From positions 74,524,001 to 74,588,000 of the forward strand of contig NC_043004.1 in NCBI RefSeq assembly GCF_006345805.1: DNA of 64,000 nt. Direction: 5' to 3'. This document shows, in pieces, positions 13,870 through 25,983 of the stretch (positions within the stretch are counted from its first letter, which is position 1; each line of letters begins with the position of its first letter). A model generated the notes under the pieces. The model was not told where the DNA came from. It ran no database searches and saw only the letters and a program-made list of their open reading frames with translations. The position numbers were made by a program, and so were the translations under genes. Source of the stretch: Octopus sinensis. Lineage: Eukaryota.

Positions 13870-14205
13870 GAGTGAGAGAGCAGCACATGCCGTCAAAGTC
13901 ACGCTGGGGTGCAAATATATGAAAACTAATGTACCCATTATGACTACCCATCTGGTAAGGGTAGAGCAGGTATATGCATCCCAACCATATGTACGTGACA
14001 TGGTGGTGATCTCATATCACGATAAACAATGCATGGCCTTCAAGTCGAGTAGCCCATCCCGTTCAAAAGATCCCTGAATAAGGTTTGTTTTAAGGATTAT
14101 GAACAAAACGCACATATTTCCAGTGGTGTATCATTCAAACCCCTAAAAATTCCTCTCAACACAGCTGTTTCCCTCCCACTCAATCTTCTCGTGGTCAGAG
14201 ATACA
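13870..14205 (-). mobile_element. Family N element, copy 3 (truncated, more diverged)
   Basis: (TTA)n followed by GAGTGAGAGAGCAGCACATGCC..., collinear with copy 1. Confidence 0.8.
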
Positions 14206-14224
14206 AATATCAGAGAGAGGTTCA

Positions 14225-15045
14225 CAATTGAAACCAGTTTCACTTGTGCATCTGAAAACTTAATTCATGTAATAACCTGCTCGGGCCGTGGACAACACTA
14301 TATTGAACAGATGAGTATGACTTTGAGACGGAGAACCACTCTTCACAAGGAGCAGAACCGGTTCCCGTAATACAGACAAATTTCTATAAGGGAACACATA
14401 GAGAAATGTGCAGGTAACATCAAACTAAATTTCACTGTTTTCCCTTTCTACCAGTGCAAAGACACACTTTCTCTACACGAATGTTTAAATAAACTATTTT
14501 CATCGAAAAATACAGAGCGCGCCTAAATTCGCACGCACAAGCAACTTTGATCGCTTTACATATTTTAATACAGGATTACATCACTACATATATCTCCCCA
14601 CTAAACTAGTTTTCGAATTTTTTAATATATATACAGGTATATGTTAGAGGTGTTTAAAGCATGTAAGGGCTAGATATATCCAAATGCACTCCTGGTAATT
14701 GCCTTAGTAGGTATAGTCATTGGTAAAAGGCATACGGCAGCAGGTAATTTGGCGAGTAAGCCGTAGTTTAATTGATACTGGTGATAAGAAAATGGAGGAA
14801 AATAAGAAGTGTGTCTTTTGCACTAGGAAGCAATTATCATATTTACCCCCTACCGAAAGATGAACGGTTATCTCCCCTGCCCATAATAATAACAGCAATA
14901 ATAACGATAACCAATTAGTTTTGTACTTGTTGAATCATTCGCTCACAAAATTCATACACAACATGGGCCAAAAAGGATCTTAAGAAAATACGTATTTAAA
15001 TGAATCAGAATGTCATGAATGGCGAAAGCGAAACCGGTTGACTAA
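14225..15045 (+). mobile_element. PLE 3' fragment (GIY-YIG endonuclease remnant + 3' UTR)
   Basis: Translates FTCASENLIHVITC.G.GQHYI...TLRRRTTLHKEQ...YRQI...CA...FTVFPFYQCKD...FIEKY, homologous to the C-terminus of ORF 62699-63910. Confidence 0.8.
15012..15042 (+). ncRNA. Minimal hammerhead-like motif with A3-U8 core, imperfect
   Basis: GTC-ATGAATG-GC GAAA GC-GAAAC CG GTT-GAC at the PLE 3' end; 3-bp stem I; G at position 9. Confidence 0.45.
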
Positions 15046-16399
15046 CACAATACAAGATATATTTAAAATTATATTAAAGCTATTTCAAATTTGTGCATTT
15101 TCCTTCCTTAATTTCTTACATATACATACATAATGAAAAATATACCTTGTGTATAGGACATCCCCAACGAGTGATAAATATGTAAATACACAAGTAATAA
15201 GTACACGACAAAATGCAAAAACATATATATATACAATAAGTACAAGACATAACCGAGGGAAAAATATGTAAACACACGAGAGACAAGTACAGGACAAAAT
15301 ACCAAAACAAGATAACTCCTCATCAGTTGTCGAACATTTTATTACTCCCATTTCACGCTTTTAACGATTAAATAGGGAACTTCATAATATAGCAGTATCT
15401 AGAAATCTAAAAAATATAAAATTGCTGGAGAGTTAGAGCTTCGAACGAACAAACAACGACAAAGTCGACGTACAGAGTAAACAATCGGCGAAGACAAACA
15501 TTAAGGGCTGTTAGGCCAAGACGCATTGTAATGAATAATGGATACCTGAGATAATTTTTTTCGAGGAGATAAAATAATAGAAGAGAAGAAAATAGTAGAA
15601 TAGGAAAATTAGAAATGAAGAAAATAGTAGAAGAAAAAATGTAGAAGAACTGTCGGGAGTCGAGGAAAATGACATCCAATCCGGTGAAAGTCTTGTCCAG
15701 AAAAGGAATAAGCAATAGAAATTGCCTGTAATCACATGTGAGTAACAGAAGCAGAAAGCAAGGGAAAGGATGGGAGAAAGAAACAAAAGAAATGAGGGAA
15801 ATTGGGAAGGAACGACAGATAGTTGGGAGTGTAAGAAAGACAGATAGGTTATAGTGGGATAGAAAGAAAGAAAGAAAGAAAGAAAGAAAGCAGAGGGTGA
15901 TCGCAGAAATTACATATAAAAATATAAATTCAAAAAAAATATCACTGATGGTGATGGTGATGATGGTGATGATGATGATAATAATGATAGTAATAGTGCT
16001 GATAATCTATTTATCTATCTACACATACACACACACTCAAAGAATTCAACCAACACAAACCTCACCTCGGCTCTATTGTTAACCAAATATGAAAGTATTA
16101 TTTGACAGGCAAGAACTCTAGCGTTGAAGACAGTCAGCCAGCCAACCACCAAGCCAGCCAACGAGACAGACAGACACTACTGTGATGGTGATAATGATAA
16201 AAAACAAAAATAACAATAATAAGATACTGCTGTGACTACACATAAAACAATATCATTGATGATGATGATGATGATGGTGATGGTGATGATGATAATGATG
16301 ATGGTAATGGTGGTGATAATGATGATAGTGATAATAATGGTGATGATAATAACAATAATAAGCCGACTACGGCTGCTATAATGGTACGATTATAATTGT

Positions 16400-19300
16400 A
16401 ACGGCAATGATGGCCGTCTCCCCACGAGCCATTCAAAGCTCAAAAATGATAACATTATTGTAGCACCAAAATGTTTTTGGAAACTAAAAGGAAAACTAAA
16501 TCAGTATACCAAATCGCTTGTCCTATGGTTAATCTGGAAGCGCGTCCCCCAGGGAAGAGCCAGCCTGGGATCGAAAAGTCATCAACTGGCACAAACTCTT
16601 CTCCGAATACGGACATGGATGGTCACATGAACGGGAAATCCCCCAACTCGGGCCCTCCAAGTTCACCACCACAACCACCACAGAAAGAAAAATGTAAGCG
16701 GAACAAATGGACCCGAGAAGAGTATAAAGAAGTAATATACGCTTATTATTATGCATTAGGTAGGCAATCTCAAGAGAGACACACCGCAAACTCTTACAGT
16801 ATATGTAGAACACGGAATCAAGACAGTAGGCCCTATTTGGACGAGAACAAATTAGCAAATGTGAGAAGTTTTACAAGCAAAATAAGCTGTTCACATCCAA
16901 TGCCAAAAAAATCTACAGAGAAATAGGGAAGGAGAAAGTAACCGTTAAAGACCCCCCTCCCATGGAAGAAGTTCAAAACTTTTGGAAAAGGATTTGGAGT
17001 GACAAGAAGACATACAACATAAATGCAGACTGGATTATACAAACTGAAGGATCCTACCAAAATTTACAACAACAAGCATGGGAAGATATCACAATAGCAG
17101 ACCTAAGGAAAGCACTCACGAAGGCCCATAATTGGAAAACCCCCGGTAAAGATAGGGTGCCGAATTTATGGTTCGCATCGCTCCCATGCGCACACAGTAA
17201 GCTAGTTCAGCTGCTCAATGGAATTATGAGAGACCCAAAGAAAACACCTGAATGGTTAGCAAGTGGCATTACTTACCTACTCCCAAAGAATAACGAAACC
17301 AACCTTCCAAAAAACTATCGGCCTATAACCTGTTTATCCACCACGTATAAAATCCTAACATCTATCCTGGCGGAGAAAACATATGCATTCATGGAGAAGA
17401 ACGATATTTTCCCCATTGAACAAAAAGGGTGCCGCCGAGGCTCTTACGGATGCAAAGATCAACTGCTAATTAATCGTATGATCCTTGAGAACTGTCACAA
17501 CAAGCGCAGAAATCTCAGCTCCGCATGGATTGACTATAAAAAGGCCTTCGACAGTATACCGCATCCATGGATCTTGTGATCGCTGGACATCTTCAAAATT
17601 TCCCCTGTGATTTCAAACTTCCTGAAGCACAATATATCGTTGTGGAATACGAATCTCCAATTATACCACTCTAATGGAGTACTTGCCTCAGAAAATATAA
17701 ACATCAACTGTGGAATTTTTCAAGGTGACTCACTTTCACCTTTAATATTCTGCATAGCCCTAATACCCCTTACAAGTGAATTAAACAACAGGGTATGGGT
17801 ATAAAATTGCCAATAAAAAAATAAACCATCTATTTCATATGGATGACTTAAAACTCTATGGTAAAGACAATAATGAACTTGAAGGCCTATTGCGCACTGG
17901 GAAAGCATTCAGCGATGACATCGGGATGGAGTTTGGACTTGAGAAGTGTGCCAAGGCCACTTTCCAGAAAGGGAAAGTGAAGACCACAAATTCAGTCGTG
18001 TTAGATGTTGACACAGTCATAAGAGAGCTTGAGCAAGAACAAACATACAAATATTTAGGGATAAATGAAGGCTCTGGTATTCAGCATGCAAGCATGAAAG
18101 AGAAGATCAGGAAGGAATGTTATAGGAGAGTTCGTGCAGTCCTGAAATCTGAACTAAATGCACGTAACAAGGTGTTAGCTATAAATTCCTTAGCAGTTCC
18201 AGTTGTTACTTATAGCTACAATGTGTTGAACTGGAATATGAGTGAAGTAAAGAATATAGATAGGAAAATACGCAAGCTGCTGAGTTGTAATAGGATGCAC
18301 CACCCAAAGGCAGACGTAGATCGCCTTTACCCTCCCAGAGCCCAAGGAAGTCGCGGCCTGATCCAATTTGAACTAGCTTACAAAACAACCACAATTGGAC
18401 TGGCCAAATATCTCGAAATAACGAATGACTGGATGCTAAAGCTCGTGGAAAATCACGAGAGACGAAAGAAGCTTCATTCTATCATAAAGGAAAGCAAAAA
18501 ATGTGCTATTGATCTCGTGCAGGATACCCAAACTGAACAACCCGAGGGAAGTACGGCAACTATTGTTGCAAAGAAGGTAAAAATAATGGAAACGAAAAAA
18601 GCGCACGAGCAATTGGCTGATAGGTGGGAGGAGAAACCTCTGCACGGCAAATATGTGGCCCGCAGCAAACAAGCTGATGTTGACCAGAAGCAAACCCATC
18701 AGTGGCTACGGAGCTCAGGGCTAAAAGCAGAGAGCGAAGATTTCATCCTGGCTGCTCAAGATCAAAGCCTATTAACCCGGAACTACCAGGCCAATGTGAT
18801 GAAAAATGGAGCAGACCCAAAATGCCGATTCTGCAACGACATGATTGAAACAGTGGACCACCTAATCTCTGGATGTAAAGTCTTAGCACCAGTGGAGTAT
18901 AAATTAAGACATGACAGAGTTGGCCAATATCTCCACTGGCTAATAAGTCGGCATTACAATATCAAAACTGCCGACAAGTGGTATAATCACCACCCTGAGG
19001 CTGTAACTGAAGGAGAAAATGTAACCATTCTGTGGGACTTTCCAGTACATACAGACCGAACCATCAAGGCCAATAAACCAGATATTGTTGTGAAAGACCA
19101 AAACAATAAAGTTTGCTTATTGATCGACATGAGCATCCCCTGTGATCATAATATCTCAGCGAAAGAGTTTGACAAGCTCAGAAAATATAAAGACCTACTC
19201 ATTGAAATTGAGAAAATGTGGCATCTCAAGGCGGTTACAATACCAGTGATCGTAGGAGCACTAGGAATGATCAAGAAGGGAACCGAACATTATATGAGAA

Positions 19301-19571
19301 TGATCCCTGGCTTACCATCCCTGCAAGAAGTGAAAAATATTGTCTCAACTGGTACATCACACGTATTGAGAGGAGCATTGTCGATGTGAGAACTGTTGCT
19401 GCTCATGTATTTTAATTTAACTTAAAAAAAAAAAAATTTTTTTTTTTTAAATGAACGAACTATTGAGTTTGGTTTAATGGCCTACTAATGTATACTATGA
19501 GTTTCTTTGCCCTAGGAGTCGGGAAGACACTCGGCAAGAAATGGAAGCAAATTTGAAAGAAGAAAAAAAAA

Positions 19572-19572
<1 letters not shown>
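16400..19572 (+). mobile_element. Dong/R4-clade retrotransposon family A, near full-length with an internal deletion and stops
   Basis: N-terminal RNKWTREEY motif; RT motifs (NYRPITCL, EQKGC, WIDYKKAFDS.PH, GIFQGDSLSP, MDDLKLY, YKYLG); CRFC/RHD and RLE motifs in ORF 17839-19389; 3' UTR followed by (TAA)n at 19573-19607. 5' boundary uncertain. Confidence 0.92.
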
Positions 19573-19607
<35 letters not shown>

Positions 19608-19608
19608 G

Positions 19609-20002
19609 TACCCAACCTGATTATGCAGAATCAGTGTCGTGACGGGAACGCATGTGTTGGGAGATTGACCAGCAGATGTGATCAGGTTGCACATGCTTGC
19701 CCTTTAGAAACAACCACCCCCACCATCTAACTCCACTTGGCCCGTGTGGTGGGAGCCCTTCCGGCAAGGAAAATAGAACGCCCAAAAGGGTTCCCGATCC
19801 TCTGTGTCAGAAGAGGTTATGCTCGGATTACAACTATATCTTAACCTAAGCCTAAGTTAACTAGCGAAAAGGGGCTCAGAAGCCTCTGAAACGCAGCGAC
19901 TAACCCCAATCTAGACCTAACCCCCCTGCACTGGAAAAGGTTGCCTTGGAGATCTTCATCGAAGATCTGCATTGGAGAAGGTTGCATCAAAGGTTTGCAA
20001 GC

Positions 20003-20003
<1 letters not shown>
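19609..20003. other. Unclassified GC-richer segment with several self-complementary blocks
   Basis: CAACCTGAT(19613)/ATCAGGTTG(19681), GCATGTG(19650)/CACATGC(19690), GGGAGCCCTT/AAGGGTTCCC, CCTCT/AGAGG; bounded by (TAA)n and (TA)n. Confidence 0.4.
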
Positions 20004-20047
<44 letters not shown>

Positions 20048-20616
20048 CAAAAATTGTGAAGCATGACTGTCACCAATACGACACGAACCTGAAGATTGCA
20101 GAATTTAATGCATGAAAGTACTAGTTCAATCAGAATTAACATTTAACATTCTATTATTTTATTTTATTTTATTATATTATATTATATTATATCATTATAA
20201 GATTGTAAATAAAACGTGAAAATCAGACAAGGTTGGAATTCCTTTCATTAATATATATGTATATATACAATATCACATTCTCTACTATATATATATATAT
20301 TTAATAACGAACCATGTAATTCACAATCTAGGAATTTTATTTCTGTAAAATGTTGGGAGTGGGTAAAATTTCCGAGGCTTAACCCTCACCCCACCCTGTT
20401 TTCGGATCTCAAAAACCGTTTTGTAGCACATTAGGAGGTCACAGGAATTCATTCAACGAAGAAAATTCCAATGATTCCGGGATGACACCGATTATTAATA
20501 CCATAATTACCTAAATAAAATTTATCATAATTCTTAATGTTAGGTTTATTATTATAAATATCATAGGAATCATTTATATTATAATCTTTTATATTATAAT
20601 TATATTTACAATTATT

Positions 20617-20776
20617 AAGAGTGGCTGTGTGGTAAGTAGCTTGTTTACCAATCACATGGTTCCGGGTTCAGTCCCACTGCGTGGCACCTTGAGCAAGTGT
20701 CTTCTACTATAGCCTCGGGCCGACCAAAGCCTTGTGAGTGGATTTGGTAGACGGAAACTGAAAGAAGCCCGTCGTA

Positions 20777-20846
<70 letters not shown>

Positions 20847-21070
20847 TGTGTGTGTTTGTGTGTCTGTGTTTGTCCCCCTAGCATTGCTTGACAACCGATG
20901 CTGGTGTGTTTATGTCCCCGTCACTTAGCGGTTCGGCAAAAGAGACCGATAGAATAAGTACTGGGCTTACAAAAGAATAAGTCCCGGGGTCGAGTTGCTC
21001 GATTAAAGGCGGTGCTCCAGCATGGCCGCAGTCAAATGACTGAAACGATAAAAGACTAAAGAGAAAAGAG
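20617..21070 (+). mobile_element. tRNA-derived SINE family B with internal (TA)n
   Basis: A-box TGGCTGTGTGG, B-box GGTTCAGTCCC; reverse-complement match to 57322-57716. Confidence 0.88.
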
Positions 21071-21074
21071 ATTT

Positions 21075-22375
21075 CCCCCACAAGGCTTCATTATAATAAG
21101 GTGCGTGTTTTTGGAAAATCTCTAAATTAGAAGAGATCATCGATATTGTTTTACCTATATTATCTATCAACGATTTCTTAATTGAGGGAGGTTGATTAAT
21201 ATTAGCATTAATATATCTAAGGTTTTCCTTAATTTTGTGGAATGTTTGGGTTTTACCTGTTATTAAATTAAAATTAGCATCTAAATAATTAAAATATAGT
21301 TCTCATTATATATAGTAATACCTAATCCATATATTTAATAAAAAACATATACTTTCTTCTTATATATTTCTAGTGTTCTATTGCTGCAATCCTTAGTTGT
21401 TAATAAAAGGCCATCCCTATATAAACCACCATCCAACTTTAATTTTTCTAATTAAAGTTCCTATAATAAATAAATACCTACTAAATCATTTGCCTCTGCA
21501 GAATCGGGTGACCCCCATAGGTATATCAAAATAATCTCTAGTAGCCTTCCTACCCCATAATTTATTATTATATCTAATTAACGATTTCCTAGCCATTTTA
21601 ATAACATTAACTTCATCATAAGTCATTCCAACCTTATTCATTGCATAAATTAGGGCCTTATTGAGTACAATCTCATTAACAGAAGAATAATAATTATCTA
21701 TATCTATTTGAATTAATTTATATCTAGTTTTATCTTTAGTATTATTAAACCATTTTAAAGTATCATCAGTACTTGTACAAAGTTTAAGGTAATTAATTTC
21801 ATTTAATCTATTAATATATTTATCAAAATGATCTTGCTTATTTTACCTTGATCTGATTTACATGGACAAATAAGTCTCATTTTTGGGTCAGAATAAAAAT
21901 TATCCTTATGGTCTTTTAAAGTAATTCTAGGGTGCATAGGTACATAAGGTTCAGTTTTATTATCTAACTTGTATTTCATCATGATTAGTTTAGAGGCCTT
22001 ATATAAGGAGCATTTTCTGGAACAATTTTATATTTTTTATTTTTGATTTCTCTAATAGGTTATCATATAATTAAACATCTAGTTTATACAGGTTCCAAAT
22101 TTTATCTAATTGTACTATAATTCCTTCCATATTTCGGATTTCTTTTATTCTAATAGCTAAATGTATTACACTATTTGTATCTATTTCTTTTTCTCCTATT
22201 ATCCATTATGTCTATTTGGATATTTAGGAAATTTAATATTTTTCACCACATTCCAAATGTTATCCTCTAAAACATGTATAGCCCTATTATACGGGTGTTC
22301 CTTTCTAGATTTAAATTTTGAATAAATAAGATTAGTATTCTCTTATGGAATTGTTTAATAGATGTTTGTCTCGAC
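21075..22375 (-). mobile_element. Degenerate PLE reverse transcriptase, YRDD-type lineage (Naiad-like, tentative)
   Basis: Hand translation across frameshifts: PKMRLICPCKSDQGKISK, LKWFN, IQIDIDNYYSSV, ARKSL, FDIPMGSPDSAEANDLVGIY, GGLYRDGL, YLDANFNL, YINANINQPPSIKK, APYYNEAL. Confidence 0.8.
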
Positions 22376-22489
22376 ATTTTATATATATTATATATCGTGA
22401 AATTTGATTTAGAATTGCTAAATTGAATTTTTTCCTGTAAGATTTGGACTTATATTATCATATATATATCTGTAAATTAATATGTTACC

Positions 22490-22750
<261 letters not shown>

Positions 22751-23360
22751 TGTAACGTTTATGTTTTTTCTTTTCAAGGTCCCTGATATGGAATCGTGTT
22801 TTGAAACAGACATTGTGATATTTCGAGATGTTCATTTTATTCTTGTCAAATAAACACACTCTTTATGAATTTGTTCACCACTTGTTTATTATTGTTTATC
22901 ATTGTTCTTATTTTATGTCTGGGAATCATTCATCATGTACCTCTGACCTCCGTCCCAGGCATCTCCCCCTGTTCCATGTAATCCATTTTGTTTTACTATG
23001 GTGTGCATCCTCATCTATCATACGTTTGCGTCTCTATCTGTGCATGCGTGAGAGTGTGCACGCGTGTTTATGTATTTTGTATGTCTTTGGTGTGTGTGTG
23101 TATGTGTGTATGGGTTTGCTTACTATAGTGCTTGTATCAGTGCCCTTTGTATAGTTTTCCCCTTTCATCTTAAGTATGTGTACGTGTGCCTTTTTTGTTT
23201 GTGTATATGGTTTTATGTATTATACTATTTGTATCTACTTCTTTTTCTCCTATTCTGTATTTAGTCGTCATGTTGGGTAATGTGGTTGTGGTGATGATGG
23301 TGGGTGTTATTCCTTCATTCGTGATTATAACACAATACATATATATATATATATATATAT

Positions 23361-23482
23361 ATTTATTATATAGAAGGAGCTTCTACAGGACTAGTACTGT
23401 TTCATTCAAGAGAAATCTTCAGGAAGATTTCTCTTGAATGAAACAGTACTAGTCCTGTAGAAGCTCCTTCTATATAATAAAT
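23361..23482. repeat. Perfect palindrome: 60-bp arms, 2-nt spacer (AG at 23421-23422)
   Basis: 23361-23420 is the exact reverse complement of 23423-23482 (checked base by base). Confidence 0.95.
23380..23426 (-). ncRNA. Type I minimal hammerhead ribozyme motif (PLE-type)
   Basis: CTTC-CTGAAGA-TTTC TCTT GAAT-GAAAC AGTACTAGTCCT GTA-GAAG: 4-bp stem I, canonical core, near-palindromic stem III, GUA cleavage triplet; U.U at the base of stem II. Confidence 0.7.
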
Positions 23483-23548
23483 TAATTTTACTCTGCTATG
23501 TATTGAGTACCTTACTTACTGTGGTTAACCCCGGATCAACCCGGGACC

Positions 23549-23615
<67 letters not shown>

Positions 23616-23688
23616 GTAGGGGTGACTCTATGTGTGTGTCTCTATTTATAAATCTATCTAGCCATACATTTATATATATTTTTCAGGG

Positions 23689-24016
23689 ATGGTAACGTCT
23701 GATGAAAACCATTTCATTCTGAAATTATTTCCAGCTTTGATAACTCTACTTTCCTTGTCTTCGGTTACTGGTGAAATTGAATTTAAAGAAAATAATTTCA
23801 AAAGACTTTCTAAATCAAAATGCTTAACTGTCCCATTTGAAATATCTAAGGAGACATCATCTCGTACCCAATGTGCATTGCTGTGTACATCAAGCGATCG
23901 TTGTGGATATTTTAGCTATTGCAATGGCTCATGTCGCATGTATCACCCTTTTTACCACAAAGATCTTAGTGATGAAAGCTGCGACTGTTCATCGTATATT
24001 TTGCTCGACGGAAACA
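23689..24016 (+). CDS. Host gene coding exon 1: signal peptide + PAN/apple-like domain
   Basis: Acceptor TTTTCAG| at 23686, ATG at 23689, hydrophobic leader ending VTG-EI, C-x3-C-x5-C-x2-F-x-Y-x4-C pattern (CALLCTSSDRCGYFSYCNGSC), donor |GTATGT at 24017 (phase 1). Confidence 0.8.
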
Positions 24017-24459
24017 GTATGTAAATCATATTTGTCTTGTATTCCTTTGTAATTTCATTAGCATAATGTACTGTGGTGGAATATATATATATATAACTTA
24101 CATATGTGTGTTTGTAAGTGTAAGTATGTACGTGAAAATATGTCTAATATATATATTACAATGAAAAATGTATGTTAATATTCTTAAGATATTACAACTG
24201 GAAAAGTATAGAACAAGGTTTACATAGCAGAATTTATCTAATTCGTCACCTCTAAAGGAAGCTAAATAGTACTTTAAAGAAAATTCTACTCTACTTAAAA
24301 TATTGCAGCTGAGAATAGCATTTAAAAAATGTACATTTAAGTGTAGGTATATGTATTTAGGTATATTTATGTATATTTATGTATATGTATGTTTATGTAA
24401 AAGTATGTATATATGTGTGTGTATTTATATTTATAACTTAACCTTATGTACTTTCTAAA

Positions 24460-24583
24460 ATCTCTGACGAAGCCTAGAGAAACATCCAAGTACTTCACTT
24501 TCATCTACTAATTACTTCAGTCCACTGGAGAGATAAAGGTAGAATGAGGTATTTTTGCCTCTTGGCTGAAACAGCTGTAAGAT
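24460..24583 (+). ncRNA. Type I hammerhead motif with ~97-nt stem II domain
   Basis: ATCT-CTGACGA-AGCC(T)AGAG...CTCT(T)GGCT-GAAAC AGCT GTA-AGAT; stem III is the perfect palindrome ACAGCTGT. Confidence 0.72.
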
Positions 24584-24807
24584 ATTATCACAATTTCTAT
24601 TGCTATATGTTATATATTTTTATAATTACTCATACTTTTAAGTTTTATATATTATATGAGTAACGCATAATATGTTATAATGTATGTATATTGCTATAAT
24701 TGTCCTTTTTGTAAATAAATAAATAGATATAATATAATGTCTAAAAGTTGATGAATACCACCTATTGATCCTCTCCATTTTCTTATTGCTCTCTCTCTTT
24801 CTCTCTC

Positions 24808-24884
<77 letters not shown>

Positions 24885-24920
24885 TTATATATATATCATA
24901 AATAGATAAATAAATACGCA

Positions 24921-25157
24921 CTTTAAAGCCTAGCCAGGCTCATGGGACAGGTTTCCTGGTTTCTATAGCGTATGTGTTCCCCAGCTGGACAGGACGCTAG
25001 TCCATCGCAGCGTTACTCATTTTGCCAGCTGAGTGGACTGGAGCAACGTGAAAGGAAGTGTTTTGCTCAAGAACACAATGCGTCGCCCAGTCCAGGAATC
25101 GAAACCACAATCTTACGATCATGATGCTGACACACTAACCACTAAGCCATGCGCCTC
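24921..25157 (-). mobile_element. tRNA-derived SINE family D
   Basis: Minus strand: A-box TGGCTTAGTGG, B-box GGTTTCGATTCC, central CTTGAGCAAAACACTT...CTGCGATGGACTAGCGTCCTGTCCAG resembling conserved SINE central domains (V/Meta-like; assignment uncertain). Confidence 0.8.
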
Positions 25158-25160
25158 CTC

Positions 25161-25311
<151 letters not shown>

Positions 25312-25983
25312 AACATACAACCCACAACTATGTGACAAATAAAGGGAGAAATGGTATCTTTTCTTGTCAAATATAGGTTTTATCATTATTGTAGGCCCAC
25401 AACTTAAACCTGTCGAGTGAATCAACGTTACCTTAGCCGTGGAATCTGCTATTTATAAACTCTATAAAAGAAAACAATATATATCCATTACTTACACAGA
25501 TAATTACAACCAACTGAAAGGTAAAATAAAACTTGATAAGAAGTGCATTTCTAGGTCTAATTTAATTTCCAGTGAAAAAGTATTAATGAAATATGATCTC
25601 CATATAAGGACACTCTTCATGATATTGGTTACAAAGGAAATGTACATTACATAAATAATGTCAAATCCACAAACAACAAAATAATATTAACACAGGAAAA
25701 AGAAAATTATCTGGTTCAAACCACTCTTCAAAATACAAGTTTCCACGCCAATTTAATGTTTTTTCTGAATACCCCCAAAAACACTTGCACTGCAACCACA
25801 ACCACCAACTAATAAACTCAACAACTAAATATACCAGGAACTTCGCAAAAACTGTAGCCAAATATATCCAAGAACTTTCGAAATGTCAAAAGCAGAAAAC
25901 TACACACGTAACACCGATATTTGCAAACAAACTTCGCTTCATCCTGACCTTAAATTGGAAACCATCTCAGAAATTTATGCATG

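Noticed and set aside
15315-15345. CTGATGAGGAG on the minus strand
   Set aside because: No matching GAAA/stem III half was found nearby.
16350-16470. Possible HDV-like ribozyme at the Dong 5' end (ATGGC-CGT-CTCCCC-ACG-A-GCCAT hairpin)
   Set aside because: It lacks the P1.1 GG, P4/J4-2 and P2 closure in the required order.
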